From: an uncultured delta proteobacterium
Lineage (GTDB): Bacteria > Desulfobacterota > Binatia > HRBIN30 > BPIQ01
Direction: 5' to 3'
Length of the DNA: 64,000 bases
Assembly: GCA_963761335.1 (NCBI GenBank)
Contig: CAVXGR010000018.1
Span: 416,001-480,000, forward strand
Numbering within the stretch: position 1 is the stretch's first letter; each line of letters starts with the position of its first letter. The notes under the pieces are model-generated. The model was not told the origin of the DNA. It saw only the letters and a list, made by a program, of their open reading frames with translations, and ran no database searches. The translations under genes were made by a program, and so were the position numbers. Shown one piece after another: positions 18,076 to 30,201 of this stretch.

Positions 18076-19409
18076 CGGCGATGCGGTCATGGTGGCGGCG
18101 ACCGGCCGCAGAAACGGAGGGCGGCGGGCGCCGTCGAGTTGTGATCGTCGGCGGCGGCTTCGGCGGCCTCTACGCAGCCCAGGCCCTGAAGGGTGCCGCG
18201 GTCGAGGTGACCCTGGTCGACCGGCGGAATTTCCATCTCTTCCAGCCGCTCTTGTATCAGGTCGCCACCGGCGGCCTGTCTCCCGGCGACATTGCTTCGC
18301 CGCTGCGACACGTGTTGAAGCGGCAGTCGAACGCCCGGGTGCTGCTCGCCGAGGTCACTGGCTTGGACGTCGAGGCGCGGCAGGTCCGCTGCAGCGATGG
18401 CGAGCCATTGCCGTACGACTTCCTGGTGCTGGCGACGGGTGCCCGGCATCACTACTTCGGCCACGGGGAATGGGAGGCGCTGGCTCCCGGATTGAAGACG
18501 ATCGAGGACGCCACCGAGGTCCGCCGCCGCATCTTCCTCGCCTTCGAGGCCGCCGAGCGGGAGCCGGACCCGGAGCGCCGTCGCGCCTGGTTGAACTTCG
18601 TGATCGTCGGCGGCGGTCCCACCGGGGTGGAGCTTGCGGGCGCGGTCGCCGAGATCGCGCGGCACACTCTGAAGGGGGACTTTCGCCGCATCGATCCGCG
18701 CGAGGCGCACATCATCCTTCTCGAGGGCATGGATCGGGTACTGCTGGCCTATCCCGCCGAGCTTTCCGAGAGGGCGGCCGCTTCGTTGCGGCATATCGGT
18801 GTCACCGTGCGAACCGGGGCGGTGGTCACCGATATGAATGCGGAAGGCGTGGTGGTGCGCGCCGGCGATCGCATTGAGCGGATCGAGACGCGGACCTTGC
18901 TGTGGGCGGCGGGGGTGCAGGCCTCTGCTCTCGGTCGGGTGTTGGCGGAGGCGACCGGCGTTGCTCTCGACCGTGCCGGACGCGTGATGGTCGAGCCCGA
19001 CCTGAGCATCCCGGGACATCCCGAGGTGCTCGTCGTCGGCGATCTCGCTCACAGCTCGCAGCCGACGGGCCAACCCCTTCCCGGAGTGGCCCAGGTGGCG
19101 ATGCAGGAAGGGCGATACGCCGCCGATCTTATCCGCCGGCGTCTGCGCGGGAATCCCGTCGAGCCGTTTCGCTACCGCGACCTCGGCAGCATGGCCACCA
19201 TTGGCCGCTTCGCTGCCGTGGCCGACATCGGCGGCCTGCACTTCGGTGGCCCGCTCGCCTGGCTGGCTTGGCTCTTCATCCACCTGATGTATCTGGTGGA
19301 GTTCGACAATCGGCTCCTGGTGCTCACCCAGTGGGCCTGGAACTACCTGACCTGGAATCGCGGGGCTCGTCTGATCACCGGAGAGAACCCGCTGCCGATT
19401 CGGCGTTGA
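18072..19409 (+). CDS. ndh: Type II NADH:quinone oxidoreductase
   Basis: ATGA overlap at 18072; GGGFGG, HLFQPLLYQVAT, GGGPTGVELAG, AQVAMQEG, GSMATIGR, WLFIHL. Confidence 0.9.
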   Translation: MTAMRSWWRRPAAETEGGGRRRVVIVGGGFGGLYAAQALKGAAVEVTLVDRRNFHLFQPLLYQVATGGLSPGDIASPLRHVLKRQSNARVLLAEVTGLDVEARQVRCSDGEPLPYDFLVLATGARHHYFGHGEWEALAPGLKTIEDATEVRRRIFLAFEAAEREPDPERRRAWLNFVIVGGGPTGVELAGAVAEIARHTLKGDFRRIDPREAHIILLEGMDRVLLAYPAELSERAAASLRHIGVTVRTGAVVTDMNAEGVVVRAGDRIERIETRTLLWAAGVQASALGRVLAEATGVALDRAGRVMVEPDLSIPGHPEVLVVGDLAHSSQPTGQPLPGVAQVAMQEGRYAADLIRRRLRGNPVEPFRYRDLGSMATIGRFAAVADIGGLHFGGPLAWLAWLFIHLMYLVEFDNRLLVLTQWAWNYLTWNRGARLITGENPLPIRR

Positions 19410-19429
19410 GGCCCTCCGCCGGGGAGAAA

Positions 19430-19464
19430 AGGCCCTCTCCCCGCGCCGCGCGAGGAGAGGGCCT
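19430..19464. terminator. Hairpin between convergent ndh and encapsulin genes
   Basis: AGGCCCTCTCC..GGAGAGGGCCT, 11-bp stem; A-run on the left gives a U-tract on the minus strand. Confidence 0.65.
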
Positions 19465-19467
19465 CCG

Positions 19468-20283
19468 TCACTTGGCCTTGCCGGCCGGTTGCAGGTAGAT
19501 GGCGGCAGCGGGCTCGAGGATGCGGAAGGTGAAGGACTCGGTCAGATAGAGCTCCACTTTCTCGCGGTCGTGGGAGACATAGCCGATGGAGACGTCCTGC
19601 CCGACGGTGAGCTCGAAGTCGCCGCCGCGCGTCGACATGAGGACGGCGCCCTCGATGGAGGGAGCGCGGACGACCGGCCCGTCGATGATCTGTCGATCGA
19701 TGCGCTTGCGAATCGGGTATCCATCCTCGGTGGCTTGGGAGATCTCCTTGTAGCACCGGCTGCTGAGAACGAGAGCAAATGGCCCGTCGATGCCGGCCTC
19801 CTCGAGAACCTCGCGGGCCTCGACGATGACGTTCGGATACTTCTCGGGAGTCGGAATCGTCAGAGGCTTGTGGGGACTGGCCTCGATGATGCCGGTGATG
19901 CCGCCTTCCTTGTAGCCGTGGAAGATGGCTCTGTCCTCGACACGCGCGGTTCTCTCCGCGGCCTCGACGACGGCCTCGAGCTCGATGGCGCTGGCACCGC
20001 GCGGCACGGTGTCGAGCTCCATGATGTCGAGCCGAAAGGGGACGCGCATCTCCACCAGCCGCTGCACGGTGCGGAGGCCAACGGAAACCCCCGGGACGGG
20101 GTGGCTCTTGAGGATATCGAGCCGCCCGGTATTGACCGCCCCCAGCGTCCAGCCGTGCGGCCCGGCGAAGTCGACGACCTTGCGCCCCGCCAAGTTGAGG
20201 TTGAGAACGCGCCGGGCCTCCTGCTCGACCATCTCCCAGGCATCCGGCGTGATCGGCGCCAGCTCCCGTTTCAGCAAGTCCAT
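19468..20283 (-). CDS. Family 1 encapsulin nanocompartment shell protein (Linocin M18/HK97 fold)
   Basis: MDLLKRELAPIT..AW, GRKVVDF.GP.GW, EDRAIFHG, GGDFELTVGQDVSIGY, LYLTESFTFR; AGGAG RBS. Confidence 0.95.
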   Translation of the reverse strand: MDLLKRELAPITPDAWEMVEQEARRVLNLNLAGRKVVDFAGPHGWTLGAVNTGRLDILKSHPVPGVSVGLRTVQRLVEMRVPFRLDIMELDTVPRGASAIELEAVVEAAERTARVEDRAIFHGYKEGGITGIIEASPHKPLTIPTPEKYPNVIVEAREVLEEAGIDGPFALVLSSRCYKEISQATEDGYPIRKRIDRQIIDGPVVRAPSIEGAVLMSTRGGDFELTVGQDVSIGYVSHDREKVELYLTESFTFRILEPAAAIYLQPAGKAK

Positions 20284-20285
20284 CT

Positions 20286-20672
20286 TCACTCCTTCCCCTT
20301 GAGACTGCCCACGGCCAGCGAGCCGGATCGGCTCGAGAGAGCGACGCCTTCCGCGCCTGCGGAACCGCCCGCCGTGGCGCGCTGCTCGGCCTCTGTGATT
20401 GGCCCCTCAGTGAACAGGTAGATGCGCAGCTCGTGGTCGAACTTCGGGCTGTGGCGTCGGATCCACTCGAGCATCATGCAGGCGTGCTCGATCTCCTCGT
20501 TCATGTTGTGCAGCAGGTTGTCCTTCAGCTCGTCATCCGTAGTTGCATCGGCTCGCTGCTGGTACCAGTCGATCGCCTCCAGCTCTTCCTTCAGCGAGGT
20601 GATGGCGCGATGCATGTTCACGGTTCCCGGTGAAAGCAGGTCCAGCGACTCGTGATATCCTTCGCTACTCAT
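20286..20672 (-). CDS. Encapsulated ferritin-like protein (EncFtn) with C-terminal targeting peptide
   Basis: HRAITSLKEELEAIDWYQQR, HNMNEEIEHA..LEW.RR, YLFT; flexible linker ending GSLAVGSLK. Confidence 0.93.
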   Translation of the reverse strand: MSSEGYHESLDLLSPGTVNMHRAITSLKEELEAIDWYQQRADATTDDELKDNLLHNMNEEIEHACMMLEWIRRHSPKFDHELRIYLFTEGPITEAEQRATAGGSAGAEGVALSSRSGSLAVGSLKGKE

Positions 20673-20847
20673 CTCGTCCTCCCAATACTCATCTGGTCAT
20701 CCCAACGTCCAGGCGCCTCCGTTGAACGCAATCCGGCCAGGGAATAGCGGTTCTGCGCCCTGGAAAGCCGTCTGTGTTCACGGACCGCTAGACATCCAAG
20801 TTACCGAGGCGCTGCCTTGCTGACAAGTCCCGCGGCAGAGGCAATCG

Positions 20848-20887
20848 CAAAAGGAAACGGCCCCCTCCTCGTTCGAGGAGGGGGCCG
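20848..20887 (-). terminator. Intrinsic terminator of ompA
   Basis: CGGCCCCCTCCTC-N4-GAGGAGGGGGCCG, a perfect 13-bp stem followed on the minus strand by TTTCCTTTT. Confidence 0.8.
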
Positions 20888-20917
20888 CTGCTGAGGGAAT
20901 TGGGCGAGTGGTGGTGC

Positions 20918-21952
20918 TTACTGGACGTGCAGCTCGACCCGGCGGTTCTGCTGCCGGCCTTCTGCCGTCTCGTTGCTGGCCACCGGATGTGTCTCACCGT
21001 AGCCCTTGGTGGTGATCCGGCTCGGGGAGATGCCGTGCTTCACCAGGTACTCACGTACGGACTTGGCGCGGCGATCCGAGAGCTTCTGGTTGTAGGCGTC
21101 GGTGCCGACGCTGTCGGTGTAGCCCTCGACGACGATGTCGACGCTGCCTTCCTGCTTCAGGGTGTTGATCGCCTCGTTCAGCACCGGAAGAGCATCGGAT
21201 CGCAGGGTCGCCTTGTCGAAGTCGAAGTGCACGCTGCGCAGCACGATCTTCTTCTTCGTCGGGGGCGGCGGAGGAGGTGGAGGCGGCGGCGGAGCCTGCG
21301 CCACGCGCGGCGGTGGAGGCGGCGGTGCCGGGTGTCCGAAGCTGCCCTTGAGGGAGAGACCGACGGTGACCCAGCGGGCATCCGACGGCCCCTGGTCCGC
21401 GGCGACCTGGTTCGTCAGGATGAACGGCCGCGGAGCGATGTAGGCGTGGTTGAAGCGGCCGAAGGCGCCAATCGAGAAGTTGTCCGTCGCATAGATGTCG
21501 AGGCCGCCGCCGAGCGAGAAACCCGGCCCGCCGCGACCGTCTAGGCGCCCGCTGACGCCCTGGAAGCCGCCGCCCTGGGCGGTGATGTAGAGAGCCGCCA
21601 TTTCGCCCAAGGGAATGTCGAGACGCGGTCCGCCGGTGGCCCCGAGTACGCTGGTCCACTGATTCTCGTTGTTGAACCCGATGTACTGTGCGGCGCGGTG
21701 GTCATTGTCCGGGCTCTGAAACGTGAAGTGGCCCTGCACCATCAACCCGAGATACTTGTTGAACATGTACCCGGCGAAGGGGTTGGCGGTGAAGCCGCTC
21801 TGCACGTGGGCGCGGTAGTTGTCGTTCTGAGGTGTGGAGTACCCGAGGTCGACTCCGAGAAACGGCCCCTCTTGCGGTCCCGCCTGAGCGGCGGGCACGG
21901 CCAAAATGAACCCCAGGCACAACGAAGCTAGGACTGAACCCACTCGGTGCAT
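20918..21952 (-). CDS. OmpA-family outer-membrane protein (beta-barrel, poly-Pro linker, peptidoglycan-binding domain)
   Basis: Signal peptide; beta-strand region; PPPPPP linker; FDFDK, EGYTDSVG..YNQKLS.RRA.SV, GYGE..P, NRRVE. Confidence 0.93.
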   Translation of the reverse strand: MHRVGSVLASLCLGFILAVPAAQAGPQEGPFLGVDLGYSTPQNDNYRAHVQSGFTANPFAGYMFNKYLGLMVQGHFTFQSPDNDHRAAQYIGFNNENQWTSVLGATGGPRLDIPLGEMAALYITAQGGGFQGVSGRLDGRGGPGFSLGGGLDIYATDNFSIGAFGRFNHAYIAPRPFILTNQVAADQGPSDARWVTVGLSLKGSFGHPAPPPPPPRVAQAPPPPPPPPPPPTKKKIVLRSVHFDFDKATLRSDALPVLNEAINTLKQEGSVDIVVEGYTDSVGTDAYNQKLSDRRAKSVREYLVKHGISPSRITTKGYGETHPVASNETAEGRQQNRRVELHVQ

Positions 21953-22152
21953 TCGTTGACTCCTCCTTTCCTTGCGGATGTCCGTACGAGAAACAGGATA
22001 CATCGGCGTTACCTCCTCAACAGTCGCGAATCGCGAGACAGGCGGTCTCGGTCATCTCATTCTTCCGACCCGGGGCGATCGTCTGCCCGTCGTGTAGAGG
22101 GGATGCCCCATACGAGCCTCCACCCTTCTTCATTCTGGCTCTCCCCATAGCG

Positions 22153-22181
22153 CTATTATGACATCTTCGCGTCTGTTTCAA
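22153..22181 (-). promoter_or_regulatory. Putative housekeeping-sigma promoter of ompA
   Basis: Minus strand TTGAAA-N17-TAATAG. Confidence 0.45.
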
Positions 22182-22270
22182 GATGACATCGGCGTCTAGG
22201 TAAAAAACTCGAGACACCCCTCGCTACGTCGATTGTTTGACGTGAGCCAGCCCTGCCGGCCGTTCCTGTT

Positions 22271-22286
22271 CGCAAGCGCCATGCCA
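22271..22286 (-). promoter_or_regulatory. Putative sigma-54 (-24/-12) promoter facing ompA
   Basis: Minus strand TGGCATGGCGCTTGCG (GG-N10-GC). Confidence 0.6.
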
Positions 22287-22638
22287 TCTCATCCGCTGTT
22301 CCAGGATCTCGCTCGAAGCCTGCGGAATTGATGATCTTCGGAATCTGCGATCGCCTTTTCCCCTGTCGTGCATGTAAGGGCTACAGAATTCTGCCTGTCG
22401 GGCGATAGAGGGCCATGGATAGGGAGGCCCCGCGGCTGCGAAGCCAGTGCGCCTTCCCCTGGAGACCCCGGAAGAGCGGTGTGGTTCGCGGGATCCCTTG
22501 TTGGCATTGAGAAGCTGGGGAAAGTCGGCGTCTTGGGGAGTGCGGAAGCCGATCTTCGCCCGTGTAAAACTTTCTGGCGACCATGAGCGGCCCGTGTCGG
22601 GGACGGCGCTGCGCCGTGCGGCCATGCATTTCCCATGG

Positions 22639-22655
22639 TTGGCACGCTTTCGGCT
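22639..22655 (+). promoter_or_regulatory. Putative sigma-54 promoter of the DUF1328 gene
   Basis: TTGGCACGCTTTCGGCT: perfect -24 box, GG-N10-GC, degenerate -12. Confidence 0.45.
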
Positions 22656-22696
22656 CCTGCTCGGGTCACCACGGTTGATCGGAAAGGAGGGTAGCC

Positions 22697-22867
22697 ATGC
22701 TTAGCTGGGCACTTACGTTCTTCATCATCGCGCTGATTGCGGCGCTTCTCGGGTTCGGTGGGGTCGCCGGACTGTCCGCCAACATCGGCTGGTTGTTTGC
22801 CGTACTGGCGGTGATCTTCCTGATCGTAGCGATGGTTACCGGAAGAGGTGGCCGAGCAGTACCGTAG
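22697..22867 (+). CDS. DUF1328 (UPF0391/YtjA-like) small membrane protein, 56 aa; absent from the ORF track
   Basis: AAGGAGG RBS; MLSWALTFFIIALIAALLGFGGVAGLSANIGWLFAVLAVIFLIVAMVTGRGGRAVP. Confidence 0.9.
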   Translation: MLSWALTFFIIALIAALLGFGGVAGLSANIGWLFAVLAVIFLIVAMVTGRGGRAVP

Positions 22868-22910
22868 ACGGAGGCGCCCGCATCGTACGGGCACGCGCTC
22901 TACGTCAGGG

Positions 22911-22938
22911 CCGCCCGGTCGCGAGAGCGACCGGGCGG
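22911..22938. terminator. Hairpin between convergent DUF1328 and sdhB
   Basis: CCGCCCGGTCGC-GAGA-GCGACCGGGCGG, a perfect 12-bp stem. Confidence 0.7.
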
Positions 22939-22963
22939 TTCAGAAGCGGCGCAGGGGCGTCGC

Positions 22964-23725
22964 TCACCACCGCTTGATGATCGCCCGCAGGTACTCGTGG
23001 TTCAGCCGGGCGATATTCGACAGCGAAATCTCCTTCGGGCACACCGCCTCGCATTCGCCTTCGTTTGAGCAGGCGCCGAAGCTCTCGCGCTCCATCTGCG
23101 CGACCATGTCCAGGACGCGCCGCTCGCGCTCGAGTTGGCCCTGCGGCAGCAGCACCAGGTGCGCCACCTTGGCGCCGACGAAGAGGATGGCGGAAGCGTT
23201 CTTGCAAGCCGCTACGCAGGCTCCGCAGCCGATGCAGGTGGCGGCGTCCATGGCGCGGTCGGCGACATCCTTGGAGATCGGTATGCCGTTCGCTTCCGGG
23301 GCGCTGCCGGTGTCGATGGAGACGTAGCCGCCGGCGGCGATGATGCGGTCGAAGGCGCTGCGGTCCACCACCAGATCCTTGATCACGGGAAAGGCCCGCG
23401 CCCGCCAGGGCTCGATGACCACGGTGTCGCCGTCCTTGAAGTGGCGCATGAAGAGCTGGCAGGTGGCGACGCCGGGAAGGGGGCCGTGGGCAACGCCGTT
23501 GATCATCACCCCGCAAGAGCCGCAGATGCCCTCGCGGCAGTCGTAGTCGAAGGCGATGGGGACCTCGCCGCGGCGAATCAGGTCCTCGTTGACGACGTCG
23601 AGCATCTCGAGGAACGACATGTCCGGCGAGACGTTTCTGGCGGCGTACTCCACCAGCTTTCCTTCAGACTTGCGGTCCGGCTGTCGCCAGACCTGCAGCG
23701 TGAGGTTCATCTGCGTTGGTTTCAC
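22964..23725 (-). CDS. sdhB: Succinate dehydrogenase/fumarate reductase Fe-S subunit
   Basis: [38 protein letters not shown]. Confidence 0.93.
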   Translation of the reverse strand: MKPTQMNLTLQVWRQPDRKSEGKLVEYAARNVSPDMSFLEMLDVVNEDLIRRGEVPIAFDYDCREGICGSCGVMINGVAHGPLPGVATCQLFMRHFKDGDTVVIEPWRARAFPVIKDLVVDRSAFDRIIAAGGYVSIDTGSAPEANGIPISKDVADRAMDAATCIGCGACVAACKNASAILFVGAKVAHLVLLPQGQLERERRVLDMVAQMERESFGACSNEGECEAVCPKEISLSNIARLNHEYLRAIIKRW

Positions 23726-23736
23726 CGTCGACCTCG

Positions 23737-25650
23737 CTACTTATAGCTGCGCTGCGTCAGGGTCACCGATTCGAAGGACAGTGGCTCCTTGTGCAGCTCG
23801 GGGGATTTGCCGACTCCCTTGAACTCCCAGGCGGCGACGTAGGCGAAGTTCTCGTCATCGCGCTTGGCCTCCCCTTCGGGCGTCTGGCTCTCCTCGCGGA
23901 AATGGGACCCGCACGACTCGGGTCGCTGCAGCGCGTCTGTGGCCAGCAGCTCGGCGAACTCCATGTAGTCGGAGACCCGAAGCGCCAGCTCGAGGTTCTT
24001 GTTCAGGTTGTCCGGCGTGCCGGGCACGCGCACCTGGTTCCAGAACTGCTCCCGTAGATTGACGATCTCCTGCAGTGCCTGCTTCAGGCTGGCCTCGGTG
24101 CGCGACATGCCGACGTTGTCCCACATCACCTGGCCGAGGGCGCGGTGCAGCTCCATGACCGTCTTGTCGCCCTTGACCGAGAGCACGCGATCGATGCGCT
24201 CCTGGACGGCGTTCTGCGCCTCGGCGAAGCTGTCGTGCTCCGTCGACACCTTGGGGGGCGCGGCGCTCGCCAGATAGTTGGCGAGCGTGTAGGGCGCCAC
24301 GAAGTAGCCGTCGGCCAGCCCCTGCATCAGGGCGCTGGCGCCCAGGCGATTGGCGCCGTGATCGGAGAAGTTGGCCTCGCCGAGGACGAACAGGCCGGGA
24401 ATGTTGCTCATCAGGTTGTAGTCCACCCACAGCCCACCCATGGCGTAGTGGACGGCCGGGTAGATCCGCATCGGCACCGTGTACGGGTCGTCGTCGACGA
24501 TCTCCTTGTACATGTCGAAGAGATTGCCGTAGCGGTCGCGGATGACGTCGACGCCGAGCCGTTTGATGGCATCGGCGAAGTCGAGGTAGACGGCGCGCCC
24601 GGTGGGGCCGACGCCGCGGCCCTCGTCGCACACCGCCTTGGCGTTGCGCGAGGCGACGTCGCGGGGCACCAGATTGCCGAAGCTCGGGTACTTGCGCTCG
24701 AGGAAGTAGTCGCGCTCGCTCTCCGGGATCTCGTTGGGCCGGCGCTCGTCGCCCGGCTTCTTCGGCACCCACACGCGGCCGTCGTTGCGCAGGCTCTCGC
24801 TCATCAGCGTCAGCTTCGCCTGGTACTCGCCGCTCACCGGAATGCAGGTGGGATGGATCTGCACGTAGCAGGGATTGGCGAAGAAGGCGCCGCGCTTGGC
24901 GCAGCGCCAGGCGGCGGTGACGTTGCTGTTGCCGGCCATGGTCGAGAGATAATAGAGATTGCCGTAGCCGCCGGTGCACAACAGCACGGCGTCGGCGGCG
25001 TAGCGCTCGAGCTCGCCGGTGATCAGGTTGCGGGTGATGATTCCCTGTGCCCGGCCGTCGACCATGACCAGGTCGAGCATCTCGCGGCGGGGCAGGATCT
25101 TCACCTGACCGCGCTGCACCTCGCGCATGAGCGAGCTGTAGGCGCCGAGGAGAAGCTGCTGACCCGTCTGCCCGCGCGCATAGAAGGTGCGCGACACCTG
25201 CGCTCCGCCGAAGGAGCGGTTGGCGAGCAGCCCGCCGTACTCGCGGGCGAAGGGGACGCCCTGCGCGACGCAGTGGTCGATGATGTTGACGCTCACTTGC
25301 GCCAGCCGGTAGACGTTCGCCTCGCGCGACCGGTAGTCGCCCCCCTTGATGGTGTCGTAGAAGAGACGGTAGGTCGAGTCGCCGTCGTTCTTGTAGTTCT
25401 TTGCGGCGTTGATGCCGCCCTGGGCGGCGATGCTGTGGGAGCGCCGTGGGCTGTCGAGAATGGTGAAGCTCAGGACGTTGTAGCCAAGCTGCCCGAGGGT
25501 CGCCGCCGCGGATGACCCCGCCAGGCCGGTGCCGACGACGATGACCGTGTATTTGCGCCGGTTCGCCGGGTTGACCAGCTTCATGGCGAACTTGTGCCGC
25601 TCCCACTTCGATTCGAGCGGACCGCCGGGAACGTTGCCGTCGAGGATCAC
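23737..25650 (-). CDS. sdhA: Succinate dehydrogenase/fumarate reductase flavoprotein
   Basis: GTG start at 25650 overlapping the sdhC stop; [21 protein letters not shown] (FAD-His), QIHPT, HYAMGG, HGANRLG. Confidence 0.93.
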   Translation of the reverse strand: MILDGNVPGGPLESKWERHKFAMKLVNPANRRKYTVIVVGTGLAGSSAAATLGQLGYNVLSFTILDSPRRSHSIAAQGGINAAKNYKNDGDSTYRLFYDTIKGGDYRSREANVYRLAQVSVNIIDHCVAQGVPFAREYGGLLANRSFGGAQVSRTFYARGQTGQQLLLGAYSSLMREVQRGQVKILPRREMLDLVMVDGRAQGIITRNLITGELERYAADAVLLCTGGYGNLYYLSTMAGNSNVTAAWRCAKRGAFFANPCYVQIHPTCIPVSGEYQAKLTLMSESLRNDGRVWVPKKPGDERRPNEIPESERDYFLERKYPSFGNLVPRDVASRNAKAVCDEGRGVGPTGRAVYLDFADAIKRLGVDVIRDRYGNLFDMYKEIVDDDPYTVPMRIYPAVHYAMGGLWVDYNLMSNIPGLFVLGEANFSDHGANRLGASALMQGLADGYFVAPYTLANYLASAAPPKVSTEHDSFAEAQNAVQERIDRVLSVKGDKTVMELHRALGQVMWDNVGMSRTEASLKQALQEIVNLREQFWNQVRVPGTPDNLNKNLELALRVSDYMEFAELLATDALQRPESCGSHFREESQTPEGEAKRDDENFAYVAAWEFKGVGKSPELHKEPLSFESVTLTQRSYK

Positions 25651-26315
25651 AGGCGACCTCCCATGAAGTAGACGATGACCGGAATCAGCAGAAATCCACC
25701 CGCCAGCACGATTGCCAGAACCTGGCCGAAGCGGCGGAAGCCCTTGCGGTAGTAGATTCCCGACGACTGGAAGGCGCTTCCGAAGCCGTGCCACAGGTGG
25801 GCACCGATGATGACCATGGCCACCACGTACCAGAGGACGTAGAGCGGCTCATGGAAGGTCTCGATCACCAGCCGGTACAGGTCGCGCTCCTCCGGATGCG
25901 CGGTTGAGGCGTAGTAGGTGCCGAACTTGAACGTCCAGATGTGCAACGGCACGAACACCAGAACCACCAGGCCGCTCAGGATCATCGTCGTCGAGGCGAT
26001 GCTCTTGTGGCTGCCGTGCCGCGCCCACGTCTTCTTCTGATAGGCGGTGGGACGGGCGTCGCTGTTGCGGCGGTAAACGATGATGCCGGTGACCAGATGC
26101 GCCAGAAAGAGGAGCAGGAGAATGGCCTCGGCCACGTAGATCAGCGGATTGCTGATCAGCTTGTGACTGTAGGCGTTGTAGGCGTCGGGGCTCTCGAAGA
26201 CCAGCAGGTTGGCGCTCAGATGGATGACCAGAAAGCCGATGAGCAGCAGCCCGGTGAGAGCCATCAAGATCTTCTGGCCCACGGACGACAGCAGAAAGCG
26301 CGAGATCTGCGACAC
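25647..26315 (-). CDS. sdhC: Succinate dehydrogenase cytochrome b subunit (single-anchor type)
   Basis: [13 protein letters not shown]; five TM segments with His ligands (VIHL, LAHL, PLHI, AHLWHG). Confidence 0.88.
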   Translation of the reverse strand: MSQISRFLLSSVGQKILMALTGLLLIGFLVIHLSANLLVFESPDAYNAYSHKLISNPLIYVAEAILLLLFLAHLVTGIIVYRRNSDARPTAYQKKTWARHGSHKSIASTTMILSGLVVLVFVPLHIWTFKFGTYYASTAHPEERDLYRLVIETFHEPLYVLWYVVAMVIIGAHLWHGFGSAFQSSGIYYRKGFRRFGQVLAIVLAGGFLLIPVIVYFMGGRL

Positions 26316-26395
26316 GGTTCACTCCCCGATGGTGGTATTTCGGCCGGTGGCGTTCGCGAGCATGGCTGGATCGTACAGGCGTGAGTTCCGACGGC

Positions 26396-26424
26396 GCAAT
26401 ATCAGTCTGGCGAAATCGACTCAA
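26396..26424 (-). promoter_or_regulatory. Putative housekeeping-sigma promoter of sdhCAB
   Basis: Minus strand TTGAGT-N17-TATTGC. Confidence 0.4.
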
Positions 26425-26540
26425 TGGCGCGACAAGCCGCGCTTATGACCTTTCCTGGGCCGCGCCTTCGACGACGCCGCTCCGGGCTTCTTACTGCGGG
26501 CCGGCGGCCGGCGTCAACGCCCCGGCCCGGCGCCCCGCTC

Positions 26541-26840
26541 TCAGTAGGAGCCGCCGCCGATCCAGCCGCGGGTGGCGACGTCCGAGACCGTCGTGCCCAC
26601 CAGCAGGATCAGCCAGAACAGGCCGATGCCGACCGCGAGCCAGTTCAGCCGCAGGCTGTCTTTCAGGTGCATGAAGAAGATCGCCACCAGAGAGGCCTTG
26701 ATGACGGCGATGGTGAGGGCGACGATGACGTTGAACTCGCCGAGGTCGATGAAGGCGATGGTGCTGGTCGCCGCCGTCAGCGCCAGCAGGCTGAGATAGA
26801 TGACGACGTAGGTGCGGACGTGACCGACGTGCGTTTCCAC
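26541..26840 (-). CDS. ctaF: Cytochrome c oxidase subunit IV
   Basis: Three TM helices; IAVIKASLVAIFFMHLK. Confidence 0.85.
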   Translation of the reverse strand: METHVGHVRTYVVIYLSLLALTAATSTIAFIDLGEFNVIVALTIAVIKASLVAIFFMHLKDSLRLNWLAVGIGLFWLILLVGTTVSDVATRGWIGGGSY

Positions 26841-26843
26841 GGT

Positions 26844-29132
<2,289 letters not shown>

Positions 29133-29136
<4 letters not shown>

Positions 29137-30185
29137 TGGGCTTCCTGTGTGGCGGGCTTGACTTCCTGTGTGGCTGGCTTGAGAGGACGCGGACGGCCGT
29201 CGCCCACCGGCACCGCTTCTGCCCCGGCGGGGGCCCCGAGTGACTTGACGTAGGCGATCAGCTGCAGGACTCCCTCCTCGCTCACCAACCCCTTGAACGT
29301 CGGCATGATGGGTTGATAGCCGGCGACGACCTTCGCCTGCGGGTTGATGATCGACTCGTGGATGTAGCCCTCATCGGCGACCACCGAGCCGCCGCCCTGC
29401 AGGTGCACCGTCTTGCCGAAGAGGCTCTGCAGCACTGGCCCGCGGCCGGCGCCGTCGGCGCGGTGACAGGTGACGCAGCCGAGCTGCTGAAAGAGCTTCT
29501 CGCCGGCCGAGGCCAGCGACCCGGTCGCGCCGCCGGAGAGCCAGGTCTGGTACTCGGCCGGATCCATGACGATCACCCAGCCGATCATGCGCGCGTGGTC
29601 GGTGCCGCAGTACTGCGAGCAGAAGAGGTGATAGCGGCCGGGCTTGGTGGCCTGGAACCACAGCGACGTGTAGCGGCCCGGCAGCACGTCCTGCTTCACC
29701 CGAAAGGCGGGGACGAAGAAGCTGTGAATGACGTCTTCCGAGGTCATCGTCAGCTTGATCGGTTTGCCGACCGGCACGTGCAGCTCGTTGATCTCGCGAA
29801 CACCCTCGAGGTGCTGCAGCTTCCACATCCACTGCTTGCCGACCACGAAGATCTCCTCGGCGTCCGCCGGCGGGTGGCGCAGGTGGATGAAGAGGCTGGC
29901 GCCCCATACGAACATGATGACCACCAGGATCAGCGGAATGCCGATCCACACCACCTCGAGGATCATGCTGCCTTCGCGTTGCGGGTGTCCTTCGGTGGTG
30001 GCGAACGGCGGAGGCGTCTCCGCCTCCGATCGCCGCCGGTACTTGAAGGCGAAGGTGATCAGCAGCACGGCGATGAGGATGGAGAAGAAGGCGCTGACGC
30101 CGAGAAGGAACCAGAGCAGGGCGTCGGTGTGCGGCGCCATGGTCGACGCTTCGGGAGGAAAAAGGGGAATGTAGGATTGCATCAC
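29133..30185 (-). CDS. ctaC: Cytochrome c oxidase subunit II with fused cytochrome c (caa3)
   Basis: QWMW, DVIHSF, CuA motif [13 protein letters not shown]-terminal CVTCH. Confidence 0.95.
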
Positions 30186-30201
30186 GAGCTCGTGCCGCGG
30201 T

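Noticed and set aside
22224..22894. ORFs of 72-201 aa in the ompA-DUF1328 intergenic region
   Set aside because: No RBS or motifs; they overlap promoter-like sites and the DUF1328 gene on the opposite strand.
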